A DNA stretch of 64,000 nt from Nitrospirota bacterium (lineage in GTDB: Bacteria; Nitrospirota; Nitrospiria; 2-01-FULL-66-17): positions 160,001-224,000 of the forward strand of contig JBMOMC010000002.1 of assembly GCA_049325335.1 (NCBI GenBank), written 5' to 3'. Numbering within the stretch: position 1 is the stretch's first letter; the number at the start of each line of letters is the position of its first letter. Below, one piece after another: positions 49,057-58,826 of the stretch. Under the pieces are notes generated by a model. That model was not told where the DNA came from, ran no database searches, and saw only the letters and a program-made list of their open reading frames with translations. Both the position numbers and the translations under genes were made by a program.

Positions 49057-50793
49057 TTACGGCTGGAACGACTGGATCACCGCCGCCCCGCTGTTGTCGT
49101 TGGAATTGGTGCCCGGCACGTCCGTAACCGTATCGACGGCGGTGGGGTCGCGATCCGGTACGCCTACGACCAAATCGGGAAGTGTCGATGAGGTCAAGTC
49201 ACCGGCCGCCAACGCCTGCCCCATTCGATCGTTGCCCCGTCCCATGAGTTCAACCCAGTCGTCATTGGCATCTTTGACGAGAATGTCATCGCCATGTGTT
49301 TCAATTTTCCACGCGAGGCTGGTCGGAAGATTGGTGTTGGTCAGGGCGCCCGGCGTGGGTTGCAGCACATTCGCTCCCGAGACGACATACACCCTTCCGG
49401 CGATGATCGAACCGAGGAGGACTCCATCCGCCCATGGCGCGCCCACCGCAAAATCAGGAACATCGTCGCCGTTGAGATCGTCGAGATTCACGGCGGAAGT
49501 TCCAAATTTATCCTGCAGTTTTTCTCCGGAAATAGCCGCCAGCGCGACCTTGGTCAGTTTGTTAATGCTGGTGATACTGGTGTGGTCGAAGGGCGTGAAC
49601 TTCGCCGAATTCAGAAGGTTTCCGTCGACGATGTACAGCCCGCCGGCCGTGATGGTATCTACTCGCACAAACGAGCTATTGGGCCCAGTGCGGCCCGGCA
49701 TCGTGATCTCGCGCCAGCCGTCTCCGTTCAGATCGCCAATCAGCGCCGGCGTCCCCTCTCCCAATGAACTCGTGCCGTCTCCAGTGATTGCGACCCGGGG
49801 TTCTCCAAATCCAACCGGATCTCCGTCCGGAAGGGGATCTTCGCTCCAACTCGTAAAGAAGGCGGACCCTGGGCGGGTGTGCCCGCCGGCTCCGGCTCCA
49901 GACGCCCAGATCATCAGATCGTCCTGTGTATCGGTTGTCATGGGATCTTGGATCTTATCGAGATTACCCAGGTTGAGTAAGCTGATACCGTAGAACGCCA
50001 GGTAACCTTCTCCGGGAGTGAGTTCGACCATCAGTTCGTGCTCAGGATCTGTTGCGAGCGCGTCAAGATGTTCAGCAATGGCCGAACCAGTAATAAGCGA
50101 CACGGCGCCGGTCATCTGGCCGTCTTCGGGGTGCATCCCCTCTTCCACGTGGCCGTGACCAGCGGTATACCAGGGCGACCCCACCACGATGTCTTGGAGG
50201 TCGTCACCGTCAAAGTCTCCAACTTCAATTGCCCTCCCGAAATGCTCGCGGTATTGCGTTCCGCAGGCTTCGACCGTGGCCTCATGAGCCTCAATGACAC
50301 CCGGCATGATCGGTCCTTCGAATATGTAGACGCACCCCGATCGATAACTGTCGTGCCCGGAGGCGAACATTGCCGAGACAATGACATCCGGCGAGCCGTT
50401 GCCGACCACGTTCGCAACCTTGATCGCGGTTCCAAACCGATCGTCGGGGTCTTCGCCATGGATAATGGTGGAGGGAGTGGAGCCCAAGCCACCGGGATCG
50501 CCGGTGTAGATCAAGACCCGCCCTTTTGGTCCGCTGGGTTCAGCACTCGCCGTGTTTTGGTTGGCTCCGTCGGTATGCGGAGCACCGGCATCGTACGCCG
50601 GAGCGCCGACGAGTAAATCTTGCACCGAGTCCCCAGTGACGTCGGCCACTGCGACCGCGTACCCTGCTCGGCCTTGTGGGTCTGGACCCTGGAGGAATAT
50701 GGCTGGGAGCATGGTCAGCGCCCATGCGGTGCCGGCTGCAAGGCCGACGATCGCGGCGCCCAGGCCCAGGTGTGTGGTGGTACGAGTCTTCAT
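49057..50793 (-). CDS. Integrin-alpha-like FG-GAP repeat exported protein
   Basis: AWA signal; DVTGD..DLLVGAP, DFDGD..DIVVGSP, DLNGD..DFAVGAP. Confidence 0.85.
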   Translation of the reverse strand: MKTRTTTHLGLGAAIVGLAAGTAWALTMLPAIFLQGPDPQGRAGYAVAVADVTGDSVQDLLVGAPAYDAGAPHTDGANQNTASAEPSGPKGRVLIYTGDPGGLGSTPSTIIHGEDPDDRFGTAIKVANVVGNGSPDVIVSAMFASGHDSYRSGCVYIFEGPIMPGVIEAHEATVEACGTQYREHFGRAIEVGDFDGDDLQDIVVGSPWYTAGHGHVEEGMHPEDGQMTGAVSLITGSAIAEHLDALATDPEHELMVELTPGEGYLAFYGISLLNLGNLDKIQDPMTTDTQDDLMIWASGAGAGGHTRPGSAFFTSWSEDPLPDGDPVGFGEPRVAITGDGTSSLGEGTPALIGDLNGDGWREITMPGRTGPNSSFVRVDTITAGGLYIVDGNLLNSAKFTPFDHTSITSINKLTKVALAAISGEKLQDKFGTSAVNLDDLNGDDVPDFAVGAPWADGVLLGSIIAGRVYVVSGANVLQPTPGALTNTNLPTSLAWKIETHGDDILVKDANDDWVELMGRGNDRMGQALAAGDLTSSTLPDLVVGVPDRDPTAVDTVTDVPGTNSNDNSGAAVIQSFQP

Positions 50794-50861
50794 TGCATTC
50801 TCCTCTGAGTTGGCTTCCAGACCACCTTGCTCGGCGTTTTCTTCACTTTCGGTCCTCGCGG

Positions 50862-51296
50862 TCAAAAGATCCGTCCGGTGGTGTCAGGATCTGTCACATC
50901 AATTGGTACGTGGCACGTGTTGCAGGGTGCGCGGTCCGGCATGGGGTGCGGCCCGCTGCTGGGTCCGGATCCCACCCGGAAAAGGTAATCGCCCGAATAG
51001 GTTCCCATGCTCCAGAAATTGGCCTGCTCGTCGGCCACAATGCCGACCTCAGGGCCGCTGGGCGGGGTGACCCAGAGGGTGGCACCCGGCACGCGCGCGC
51101 TGCCAGCCAAGCCGTCGTATACCGTGCCCCCGATCGTAAAGCCGGCGTGGCACGCGGATTGTGTACAGTTCGGGCCGACCATATGAATGGCGGTCAGTTC
51201 GGCGTTGAACGAGTTCTGATCGCCGCAGCCGACCAATGCCACGGCCATGATCAGGCCGGCGGTTCCAAGTCCTAGTCGTCTTGTCATGGTCTCCAT
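50862..51296 (-). CDS. Small c-type cytochrome lipoprotein
   Basis: LVGC lipobox; CTQSACH and CNTCH. Confidence 0.7.
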   Translation of the reverse strand: METMTRRLGLGTAGLIMAVALVGCGDQNSFNAELTAIHMVGPNCTQSACHAGFTIGGTVYDGLAGSARVPGATLWVTPPSGPEVGIVADEQANFWSMGTYSGDYLFRVGSGPSSGPHPMPDRAPCNTCHVPIDVTDPDTTGRIF

Positions 51297-51298
51297 CG

Positions 51299-52429
51299 CT
51301 AAAACCTCGTCATGAGGCCGACTTCAATGACCTTGGCGTTCAAGCCGGGCCGCTGTTCGTAGGCATCGATTTTGGCGTTAAATTCGGTCCGGTCGAACCA
51401 TGGGAGTTGCCAGGCCGAGGTGCTGACCTTGATCCCGTAGAGATGGGCTCGGAACGGACGCAGTTTGCCGTCGATGGTCTTGAATCCCGCGGCCGGATCC
51501 GGGCTGACGACCCAGAAGTCCGCGCCGGATTGGTCGTACCAACGGTATTCCAGCCGCCCGACCCAGAAGTCGCCGAAGTATTGATACCAGGACGCCCCGG
51601 CGGTGTGGGATGAGATACCCCACGTGTCGCGGTAGTAGCGGTAATGGGTGTGTAGGGCCGAGCGGCTTTCAAAATACCGGATTAGCCGTCCCACCATGGC
51701 CGCGCGTTGTCGCTCGGTCGGGTGGACCTCTTCGGACCAGGTGCCGTCTGAATTGGTCACGATGTTCTCCGGGTGCGCCAGGTAGCCTTGCTGACGAGCC
51801 CAGTACACGTTGCCTTGGGCCACCATCTTGGGCGAGAGCACTTGCGCCACGGTGACCACCACCGCATCCAGCGATACATCTTGCGGGAACGGCCGGGTGT
51901 CCGCGATCTTGAGCGTGTCGATCTCGTCGCGGTTGATGGTGTAGGCCAAGCCGAGCGTGGTGTTGCGCTCGAAAAATTCGCGTTGTACGGAGAGGGTCGC
52001 GAAGTCGGAATTGTAGTTGGGCTCCCGACTCACCCCGCCGCTGATGCCGAAGACGTTCACGCCAGACGTGTACGTGGCGCCCAAGCCGCCTTCGTGGCGG
52101 TACTCCCATTGCGTGGCCGGGGTGGCGCCGGTCACGCCGTCCACGCGCCACGTGGCGGACGTGACCCCATCCACCCCGTAGTGCGCGTTGACCTCCACGC
52201 GTTCCGTCACACCCTGTTTGTACGTGACCAAGGTCTGCGGGGTCGTGTTGCCTTCGGACGCCCCGAAAAAGATGCTCTGGTTGTCGGAAAAGTAACTGTA
52301 CTTAATGACCAATTGCGCCTGCGGAACCGACTGGGCGAACGCAGGCGCGGGGGACAGAAACAGTATGGTTGTGAGGAACAGGAGCGTTCCAGATGACAGG
52401 AGTCTTCCGGTCCGGTTGACGGTCGGCAC
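51299..52429 (-). CDS. DUF3570 outer-membrane beta-barrel; start uncertain
   Basis: AFA signal; SREPNYNS, NTTLGL, YRYYRDTWGISSHT; C-terminal Phe; follows DUF4266. Confidence 0.8.
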   Translation of the reverse strand: MPTVNRTGRLLSSGTLLFLTTILFLSPAPAFAQSVPQAQLVIKYSYFSDNQSIFFGASEGNTTPQTLVTYKQGVTERVEVNAHYGVDGVTSATWRVDGVTGATPATQWEYRHEGGLGATYTSGVNVFGISGGVSREPNYNSDFATLSVQREFFERNTTLGLAYTINRDEIDTLKIADTRPFPQDVSLDAVVVTVAQVLSPKMVAQGNVYWARQQGYLAHPENIVTNSDGTWSEEVHPTERQRAAMVGRLIRYFESRSALHTHYRYYRDTWGISSHTAGASWYQYFGDFWVGRLEYRWYDQSGADFWVVSPDPAAGFKTIDGKLRPFRAHLYGIKVSTSAWQLPWFDRTEFNAKIDAYEQRPGLNAKVIEVGLMTRF

Positions 52430-52484
52430 GTTCCGTGTCGGTTCGGGCGCACAGCCGTGCGCCCGCCCAGCGGACCTATGGCGA

Positions 52485-52703
52485 CTAATTGCAGCCACAG
52501 CCGCCTCCTCCTCCCCCATACCCCCCGACGCTCCCTTCTCGCGTGCCGAGCACGTGCTGGCGCATGGTGTTTTCTTCCGGGTCAGGGTCCATTTGCATAA
52601 TCGGGTCGGCCAAATACTCGCGTTCATATGGCGAGACCCGCGCGCAGCCCACGGTGGACAATGCGCCGAGCAAGAGCGCAAGAACAACCAGACGTCGTGT
52701 CAT
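52485..52703 (-). CDS. DUF4266 small lipoprotein
   Basis: VGC lipobox, VSPYEREYLADPIM, ends GGGGGGCGCN. Confidence 0.88.
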   Translation of the reverse strand: MTRRLVVLALLLGALSTVGCARVSPYEREYLADPIMQMDPDPEENTMRQHVLGTREGSVGGYGGGGGGCGCN

Positions 52704-53221
52704 GGCGTGGGGCCCTCCGCCAGCAATTTGGTGATCTCCTCGCGATAGGCGGCGAGGTAGCTTTTTTGGTACCCAAGGTGGACGAACCGCACCATGCCCT
52801 TCTGGTCGATCACGTAGGCGGTTGGCATGGCGCGCGGTTTGTATCGGTCCGCGATGGAGCGGTCCTGATCATGGACCACGGTGAACGTGACCGGGTGTTT
52901 GGCCACGAATTCCAGGGCGTTTTCGCGCTTACGGTCCACGGAGACCGCCACGATTTCGACGCCTCGGTCGCGGAACTCCTTGTACATGGCTTCAAACTCC
53001 GGGAATTCCTCGCGGCAGGGCTCGCACCAGCTCGCCCAAAAGTCCATCAGCAACACTTTGCCCTTCAGGTCGGCGAGCGCTACCGGCTGCCCCGCGAGGG
53101 TCTTGGCCTCGAAGAGGGGGGCGGCGCGCCCCACATCGGCGCGCTCGGCCCGCGCGGGCGCGGCCGCGAGCACCACCACGGCGATGACAGCGATCAACAG
53201 TGCGCGTAATCGGTCCGTCAT
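52700..53221 (-). CDS. TlpA-family thiol-disulfide oxidoreductase
   Basis: DFWASWCEPC, MPT cis-Pro loop. Confidence 0.9.
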   Translation of the reverse strand: MTDRLRALLIAVIAVVVLAAAPARAERADVGRAAPLFEAKTLAGQPVALADLKGKVLLMDFWASWCEPCREEFPEFEAMYKEFRDRGVEIVAVSVDRKRENALEFVAKHPVTFTVVHDQDRSIADRYKPRAMPTAYVIDQKGMVRFVHLGYQKSYLAAYREEITKLLAEGPTP

Positions 53222-54261
53222 AACGTGAAGCTCACTTTCTCCTTCAGCGCCGGCGAAACGTGGAGGCCTCCGGTGTCGTCGATGAAAATGCCTTGCAGGT
53301 TCTGCGCGTGCAGCACTTCGAGTCCTCGTGCCGGGCCCAACACGAACGCGCCGGTGGCCAGCGCATCGGCGCGCGCGCCGGTTCCCGAAATCACGGTCAC
53401 GCTGCGCGTTTTACGCGCCGGGCTCAGGGTGTCCGGGTCCAGGATATGGTGGTACCGAATGCCGTTTTCAAAGAACATGCGTTCGTAGTCGCCGGAGGTG
53501 GAAATCGCGGTATCGGTCAGATCCAGCGTGGCCAGGAACCCGTCTTGGCGCCGGGGGTGCCGCACGCCGATTCGCCAGGGCGTGCCGTCGGGCCGGGCGC
53601 CGAACACGATGATGTCTCCCGCAGCCGCGATGAGTCCGCCGGACATGCCGTGCGCGGTCAACACCTGTTTGGCGCGCTCAGTCAACGCGCCTTTGCCGAT
53701 CCCGCCTGGATCGAGCTTCATGCCGGTGTGGGTCAAGAACGCCGCGCTCGCGGATTTGTCGATCTGCACGCGTCCGCCGTGCACCAGGGGACGGAGCGCA
53801 GACAACTCCTGCTTATCCGGCACGTGGCGTTTGCCCAGCACGTCCCAGGCCGAAATCGCGGGGCCCAACGCCATGTGGAATCCGCCATTGGTCAGTTGGG
53901 TCATGGCCAACCCGTCTTCCAGCACGTCGATCGTGGCCGGGCTGACCGTCACCGGCCGCTTACCCGCAGCCTGGTTGAGCCGAGACATTTCGCTGGACGG
54001 GTTGTAGATCGACAGCAACTGCTCCAACCGCTCCATTTCTGCAAACGCCGCGTTGAGCGCCCGGTCCGCGTCGGTTTCTCGTTCTGCGACCACGGTCAAA
54101 CTCACCGGGATCCCGCCCATCATGGTGCGCGTCTGTTTGAACAGACCCAGGTTGCTCGCACCAGACTGCTCGGCGGCCAACAGGCGTGATGGACGCCCGA
54201 TGGTCAGACTCACGAGACTCAACCCCACGAGCTGTAACAGGTCTCGTCGGTCGATCGACAT
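53218..54261 (-). CDS. apbE: FAD:protein FMN transferase with Tat-like signal
   Basis: DRRDLL; DPGGIGKG, STSGDYER, HHILDP, ADALATG. Confidence 0.93.
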   Translation of the reverse strand: MSIDRRDLLQLVGLSLVSLTIGRPSRLLAAEQSGASNLGLFKQTRTMMGGIPVSLTVVAERETDADRALNAAFAEMERLEQLLSIYNPSSEMSRLNQAAGKRPVTVSPATIDVLEDGLAMTQLTNGGFHMALGPAISAWDVLGKRHVPDKQELSALRPLVHGGRVQIDKSASAAFLTHTGMKLDPGGIGKGALTERAKQVLTAHGMSGGLIAAAGDIIVFGARPDGTPWRIGVRHPRRQDGFLATLDLTDTAISTSGDYERMFFENGIRYHHILDPDTLSPARKTRSVTVISGTGARADALATGAFVLGPARGLEVLHAQNLQGIFIDDTGGLHVSPALKEKVSFTL

Positions 54262-54380
54262 AGACACTCCTTCCCTGGCGGCGGATGCCGCATGTATGAA
54301 AGTGCGCCCCGGCCCACACACGGGGTTGGCACGATAACTACGTTAGGAAACGAAAGCCGAAAACGACTGGAACGGAAGAA

Positions 54381-54740
54381 CTACAGGACGGGCGGAGCTC
54401 GGGACGGGGTGATGCGTACTCGGTTGGAAACCGTTAACGTGAAGTCGTCAACCGCAACATGGGCGGTCGGCGCTAGGACCGGAAGCGGCGCTGAGGCATG
54501 GGCGTTGACCGTGACCGACCCGCTGTGGTTGGCCACCAGGCAGTGTATCTTATGGTCCGTGGTGGCTCGATCAGACGAGGAGGAATGGTCGCCATGTTCG
54601 GCGTGCGACGGTGTAAGATATTGACAATGAATGGTTTCTCCAGCGAGCGCGACATAGGCCAGAATGAGGGCCGCGAACGTGAAGCGGATTACTCCTGAGG
54701 AACAACGCCAAAACATCAGCCGATGGATGGAGTGATTCAT
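54381..54740 (-). CDS. DUF2946-like leader protein with C-terminal RAPP motif
   Basis: N-terminal TM, His/Cys-rich middle, ends SRAPPVL. Confidence 0.6.
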   Translation of the reverse strand: MNHSIHRLMFWRCSSGVIRFTFAALILAYVALAGETIHCQYLTPSHAEHGDHSSSSDRATTDHKIHCLVANHSGSVTVNAHASAPLPVLAPTAHVAVDDFTLTVSNRVRITPSRAPPVL

Positions 54741-54779
54741 TACCCGCTAAACCGGTAACCGTAATGTAATATTCCGCTT

Positions 54780-57700
54780 CTAGTCAGCCCGGAAGTATTT
54801 GGCCTCAGGATGGTGAAAGACGAGTGCTGAGACCGAGGCTTCAGGGTCCATCATATCCCCGTCTGTCAGCTCAATGCAAATGTCTTGTGGCCTGATGAGC
54901 GAGAAGAGCTTGCGCTGATCTGCCAAGTTCGGGCACGCGGGGTAGCCGAAGCTCACGCGGATGCCCTGGTATTTGTTCTTGAGCACGTCGTGAATCGTCG
55001 TGGTCGGCGGGTCGGGGAAGCCCCACGTTGTTCGCAACCGGCGGTGCAACCACTCGGCCATGCCTTCGGCGGCTTCGACCGCAATGGCTTGCAGCGCGTG
55101 CGAGCGCAGGTATTCGCCCGCGTCTTTCCAGCGTTGCGACAGCTCGCGCACGCCCACTCCGCAGGTGACCGCGAAGAGGGCGATGGCGTCGCGCTCGTTC
55201 GATCCGGCGTCCCGCACATAGTCGGCCAGACATAAGCGTTCGCCCGCGGCTTGTCGGGGAAAGTGAAATCGTTCGATCGCGCGGTCCGGCGTCGCCGGGT
55301 CATAGATGATCACGTCGTCGCCGTCAGCTTGGCAGGGGAAGAAACGCCACACCGCGTGGGCGGACAGGAGCTTGTGCTCCATGATCTCGCGCTTCAAGGC
55401 TTCCACCGTGTCGTGGAGCTTGATCGCTTTTTCGTCCTTGTCCGCGAGCAACTTGTCGATCTGGCCGCGCAGCCCGAGGTGTTTGCCGTACAACATGATC
55501 GGGTTGATATAGGCGAAGATTTCGCCCAGCGGCGCGTCGCGGATCACGTGACGCTCGAAGTCGGGAGCCGGGGACAGCGGCGCGTCGCGCCGCACCGCTG
55601 AGCGGGTCGCAACCGGGGCGGACGGCGAGGCAACAGGTTTGGGCGTGGCCGCGCCCCGGACCAAGGACTGTTGCTCCTCGCGGATGCGCGCGATGAGGGC
55701 CTGTCGTTCTTGTTCGTCGGTCAGGCGGTTGGCGAGGTCCAGTCCGCTCATGGCGTCCTTGGCGTAGAGCACGATTCCGGGATACTCCGGCGCGATCTTG
55801 GTGGCGGTGAACTTGTTCGACAATGCGGCGCCGCCCACGAGGATCGGCACGTCGATGCCCGCGGCGCGCAGGTCCTGCGCGGTGATGACCATCTGCTGGG
55901 CCGACTTGACCAGCAGCCCGGAGAGCCCGATCGCGTCCGGCTTCTCGCGCCGGTACGCGTCGATTAGGACTTCCGGCGCCACTTTGATGCCCAGGTTCAC
56001 GATATGATAACCGTTGTTGCCCAGAATGATTTCCACGAGGTTTTTGCCGATGTCGTGAACGTCGCCCTTGACCGTCGCAAGCAGGATCTTGGCCTTGGAC
56101 GTGGTCTCGGATTTTTCCATGAACTGTTCAAGGTGCCGCACCGCGGCCTTCATGGCCTCGGCGCTCTGCAGCACTTCGGCGACGATCAACTCGTTGTTGT
56201 TGAAGAGGCGTCCCACCTGATCCATTCCGGCCATCAGCGGGCCGTTGATGATGTCCAGCGGCGCGCGCGTGGTGAGGGCTTCGTCGAGATCAGCCACCAA
56301 CCCGTCGCGCGACCCTTCCACGATGTACCGCGCCAAACGATCGTCCAGGGGCAAGTCCGCCGCGGCGGTTCGGACCTTGGTCTGTTTGCCTTTGAAGTGC
56401 GCGGCAAACGCGGCGACCGGATCGTCACCGCGCCAGAAGATCAAATCCTCCGCCAACCGACGTTCGTCCTCGGGAATCGACGGGTACCGCTCTAAACGTT
56501 CGGCGTTCACGATCGCCAAATCAAGCCCGGCCTTGACGTTGTGGTACAGGTACACCGCGTTTAAGACCTCGCGGCCTGCGGGCGGGAGGCCGAACGAGAC
56601 GTTGCTGACCCCGAGAATGGTTTTGGTGTCGGGGAGCGCGGCCTTGATCAGCTTGATGCCCTCGATGGTTTCGATCGCGGAGCCGATGTAGTTCGCGTCG
56701 CCGGTGCCGACCGGAAAAACCAGCGCGTCGAAGATGATGTCGCGCGGGGGGAGGCCGTACTTCTTCACCAGCAAATCGTATGAGCGTTTGGCGATGTCCA
56801 ATTTTCTCTGGCGCGTGACCCCCATGCCTTGTTGCGGGTCCTCGTCGATGCAGCCCACCACCACCGCGCCGCCGTAGCGTTTGATCAAGGGCACGACGTG
56901 TTCGAACCGTTCCTCGCCGTCTTCCAGATTGATCGAATTGATGATGCACTTGCCTTGGCAACGTTTGAGCGCGGCCTCGATGACGATGTGGTCGGTGGAG
57001 TCGATCATCAACGGCAGTTTGGTCTTTTTCGTCAAGACATGGATGAAGGCCTCCATGTCGGCCAGTTCGTTGCGGTCGGGGTTGGCCATACACACGTCCA
57101 AGATCTGCGCGCCGTTCTTGGCCTGGGCGCGACCGATTTCTCCGGCTTCTTCGATCTTGCCGTCGATGATCATCTCTTTGAACTTGCGGCTGCCGATGAC
57201 GTTGGTGCGCTCGCCTACGATGAGCGGCCGGTTGTCGTCTTCGATCGGCACGAAGTCAACGCCGGACACCGCGGGTTTGAGCGCGTGTTGCGGCGTGCGC
57301 GGGCGTTTGCCATGCACCATCGCGACGATCGCGGCGATGTGCGCGGGCGTGGTGCCGCAGCACCCGCCGATGATGTTGATCCAGCCCTCGTCCACGAAGC
57401 GGGAGAGTTTGGCGGCCAGACTTTGGGGCGTTTCCGCGTAGCGACCTTCTTCGTCCGGCAACCCCGCGTTGGGGTAGACCGAGACGAAACACGTGGCCAG
57501 GCCGGCGAGCGAACGCACGTGGTCGGTCATGAACTCGGGGCCGGTGGCGCAGTTCAGCCCGATCGAAAACAGGTTGAGGTGTTCGAGCGACGTGTAGAGG
57601 GCCTCGACCCCTTGGCCCGCCAGCATAGTGCCCATGGGCTCGATCGTACCCGACACCATCAACGGCACTCGTGAGCCCAACGCCTGCTGCGCGGCCGCGA

Positions 57701-58241
57701 TGCCGATGGCCGCGGCCTTGAGGTTGAGCGTGTCCTGCGCGGTTTCCAACAACAGGAGATCTACGCCGCCTTCGATCAACCCCTTGGCCTGGATCGTGAA
57801 CGATTCGATCAACTGGTCGAACGTGACCCCGCCCGTGACCGTGATGGTCTTGGTCGTGGGTCCCATCGAGCCCGCCACGAATCGCGGCTTGTCCGTCGTT
57901 GATCGCGTGTCCGCCACTCTGCGCGCGAGCGCGGCGCTGGCACGGCTGATCTCCAGCGCCTTATCGGCCAAGCCGTATTCCGCGAGCACGAGCGGCGTGC
58001 TCCCGAACGTGTTGGTCTCGATGATGTCCGCGCCCGCGTCGAAATACGCTTCGAACACGCTGGAGATCACGTCGGGCCGCGTTAGATTGAGATGTTCGTT
58101 GCACCCCTCGTATTCCGGCCCGCCGAAGTCGGCCGCGGTCAGATTCTTGGTCTGCAACACGGTGCCCATGGCGCCGTCCAGCACCAGGATGCGGCGGCCG
58201 AGCAGGGCGCGTAATTGATCAGCGGAGTCACGGATAGTCAT
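54780..58241 (-). CDS. metH: Cobalamin-dependent methionine synthase
   Basis: LDGAMGT, GGCCGT, GERTN, GDVHDIGKN, GYPACP. Confidence 0.97.
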   Translation of the reverse strand: MTIRDSADQLRALLGRRILVLDGAMGTVLQTKNLTAADFGGPEYEGCNEHLNLTRPDVISSVFEAYFDAGADIIETNTFGSTPLVLAEYGLADKALEISRASAALARRVADTRSTTDKPRFVAGSMGPTTKTITVTGGVTFDQLIESFTIQAKGLIEGGVDLLLLETAQDTLNLKAAAIGIAAAQQALGSRVPLMVSGTIEPMGTMLAGQGVEALYTSLEHLNLFSIGLNCATGPEFMTDHVRSLAGLATCFVSVYPNAGLPDEEGRYAETPQSLAAKLSRFVDEGWINIIGGCCGTTPAHIAAIVAMVHGKRPRTPQHALKPAVSGVDFVPIEDDNRPLIVGERTNVIGSRKFKEMIIDGKIEEAGEIGRAQAKNGAQILDVCMANPDRNELADMEAFIHVLTKKTKLPLMIDSTDHIVIEAALKRCQGKCIINSINLEDGEERFEHVVPLIKRYGGAVVVGCIDEDPQQGMGVTRQRKLDIAKRSYDLLVKKYGLPPRDIIFDALVFPVGTGDANYIGSAIETIEGIKLIKAALPDTKTILGVSNVSFGLPPAGREVLNAVYLYHNVKAGLDLAIVNAERLERYPSIPEDERRLAEDLIFWRGDDPVAAFAAHFKGKQTKVRTAAADLPLDDRLARYIVEGSRDGLVADLDEALTTRAPLDIINGPLMAGMDQVGRLFNNNELIVAEVLQSAEAMKAAVRHLEQFMEKSETTSKAKILLATVKGDVHDIGKNLVEIILGNNGYHIVNLGIKVAPEVLIDAYRREKPDAIGLSGLLVKSAQQMVITAQDLRAAGIDVPILVGGAALSNKFTATKIAPEYPGIVLYAKDAMSGLDLANRLTDEQERQALIARIREEQQSLVRGAATPKPVASPSAPVATRSAVRRDAPLSPAPDFERHVIRDAPLGEIFAYINPIMLYGKHLGLRGQIDKLLADKDEKAIKLHDTVEALKREIMEHKLLSAHAVWRFFPCQADGDDVIIYDPATPDRAIERFHFPRQAAGERLCLADYVRDAGSNERDAIALFAVTCGVGVRELSQRWKDAGEYLRSHALQAIAVEAAEGMAEWLHRRLRTTWGFPDPPTTTIHDVLKNKYQGIRVSFGYPACPNLADQRKLFSLIRPQDICIELTDGDMMDPEASVSALVFHHPEAKYFRAD

Positions 58242-58334
58242 GGGTCGGCATCATATCAGAACGGCAAGTCCTCGTCAGTTGGACGGTGGTTGCTACGCCA
58301 CCTCTATGGAACGGAGCGATTACAGGGCCTCCTT

Positions 58335-58784
58335 TCAGTCGGCTGGCGGTTCAAAATGTCCGGGGGGACGACTTTCCCATGGAACAGTTGTTTTCGGAAT
58401 CTGTTTCACCAGGCTCCGGAGGCTGACCTCCGCGGCGCGGATCAGGCGCGGTTCACCGGCCCAGACGAGTTGCGTCAATAAGGTAAAGATCTCGCGTTCG
58501 GTTCCTGCCGCGGCCAACATCCGGGCGGTGACGGGATCGGGTTCGGCGCACGGTTCGCTGTCGGTTTCGATCAGGGCCAGCAACCGCTTGGGGTCGTCGT
58601 ACAACCAACCGGGAGGGATGCCTAGTGCGGCCGCGAGCGTTTCAATGTCCGCGCTCGACGCGTCCGTATCGCCCTGTTCAACGGCGGTGAGGCGCTCGGG
58701 GACAATCCCGGCGCGGGTTGCCAACTCGTCGGGCGTTACGCGGCGCGCGACGCGCCACGCGGCGATGCGTTCTCCCAAGGTCAC
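58335..58784 (-). CDS. XRE-family HTH protein
   Basis: LGERIAAWR...ELATRAGI...VEQG...LAAALGI. Confidence 0.75.
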   Translation of the reverse strand: MTLGERIAAWRVARRVTPDELATRAGIVPERLTAVEQGDTDASSADIETLAAALGIPPGWLYDDPKRLLALIETDSEPCAEPDPVTARMLAAAGTEREIFTLLTQLVWAGEPRLIRAAEVSLRSLVKQIPKTTVPWESRPPGHFEPPAD

Positions 58785-58826
58785 GACGTTGGCGATTGTA
58801 ACGAAATCCCGTCGTGGATCACAGCG

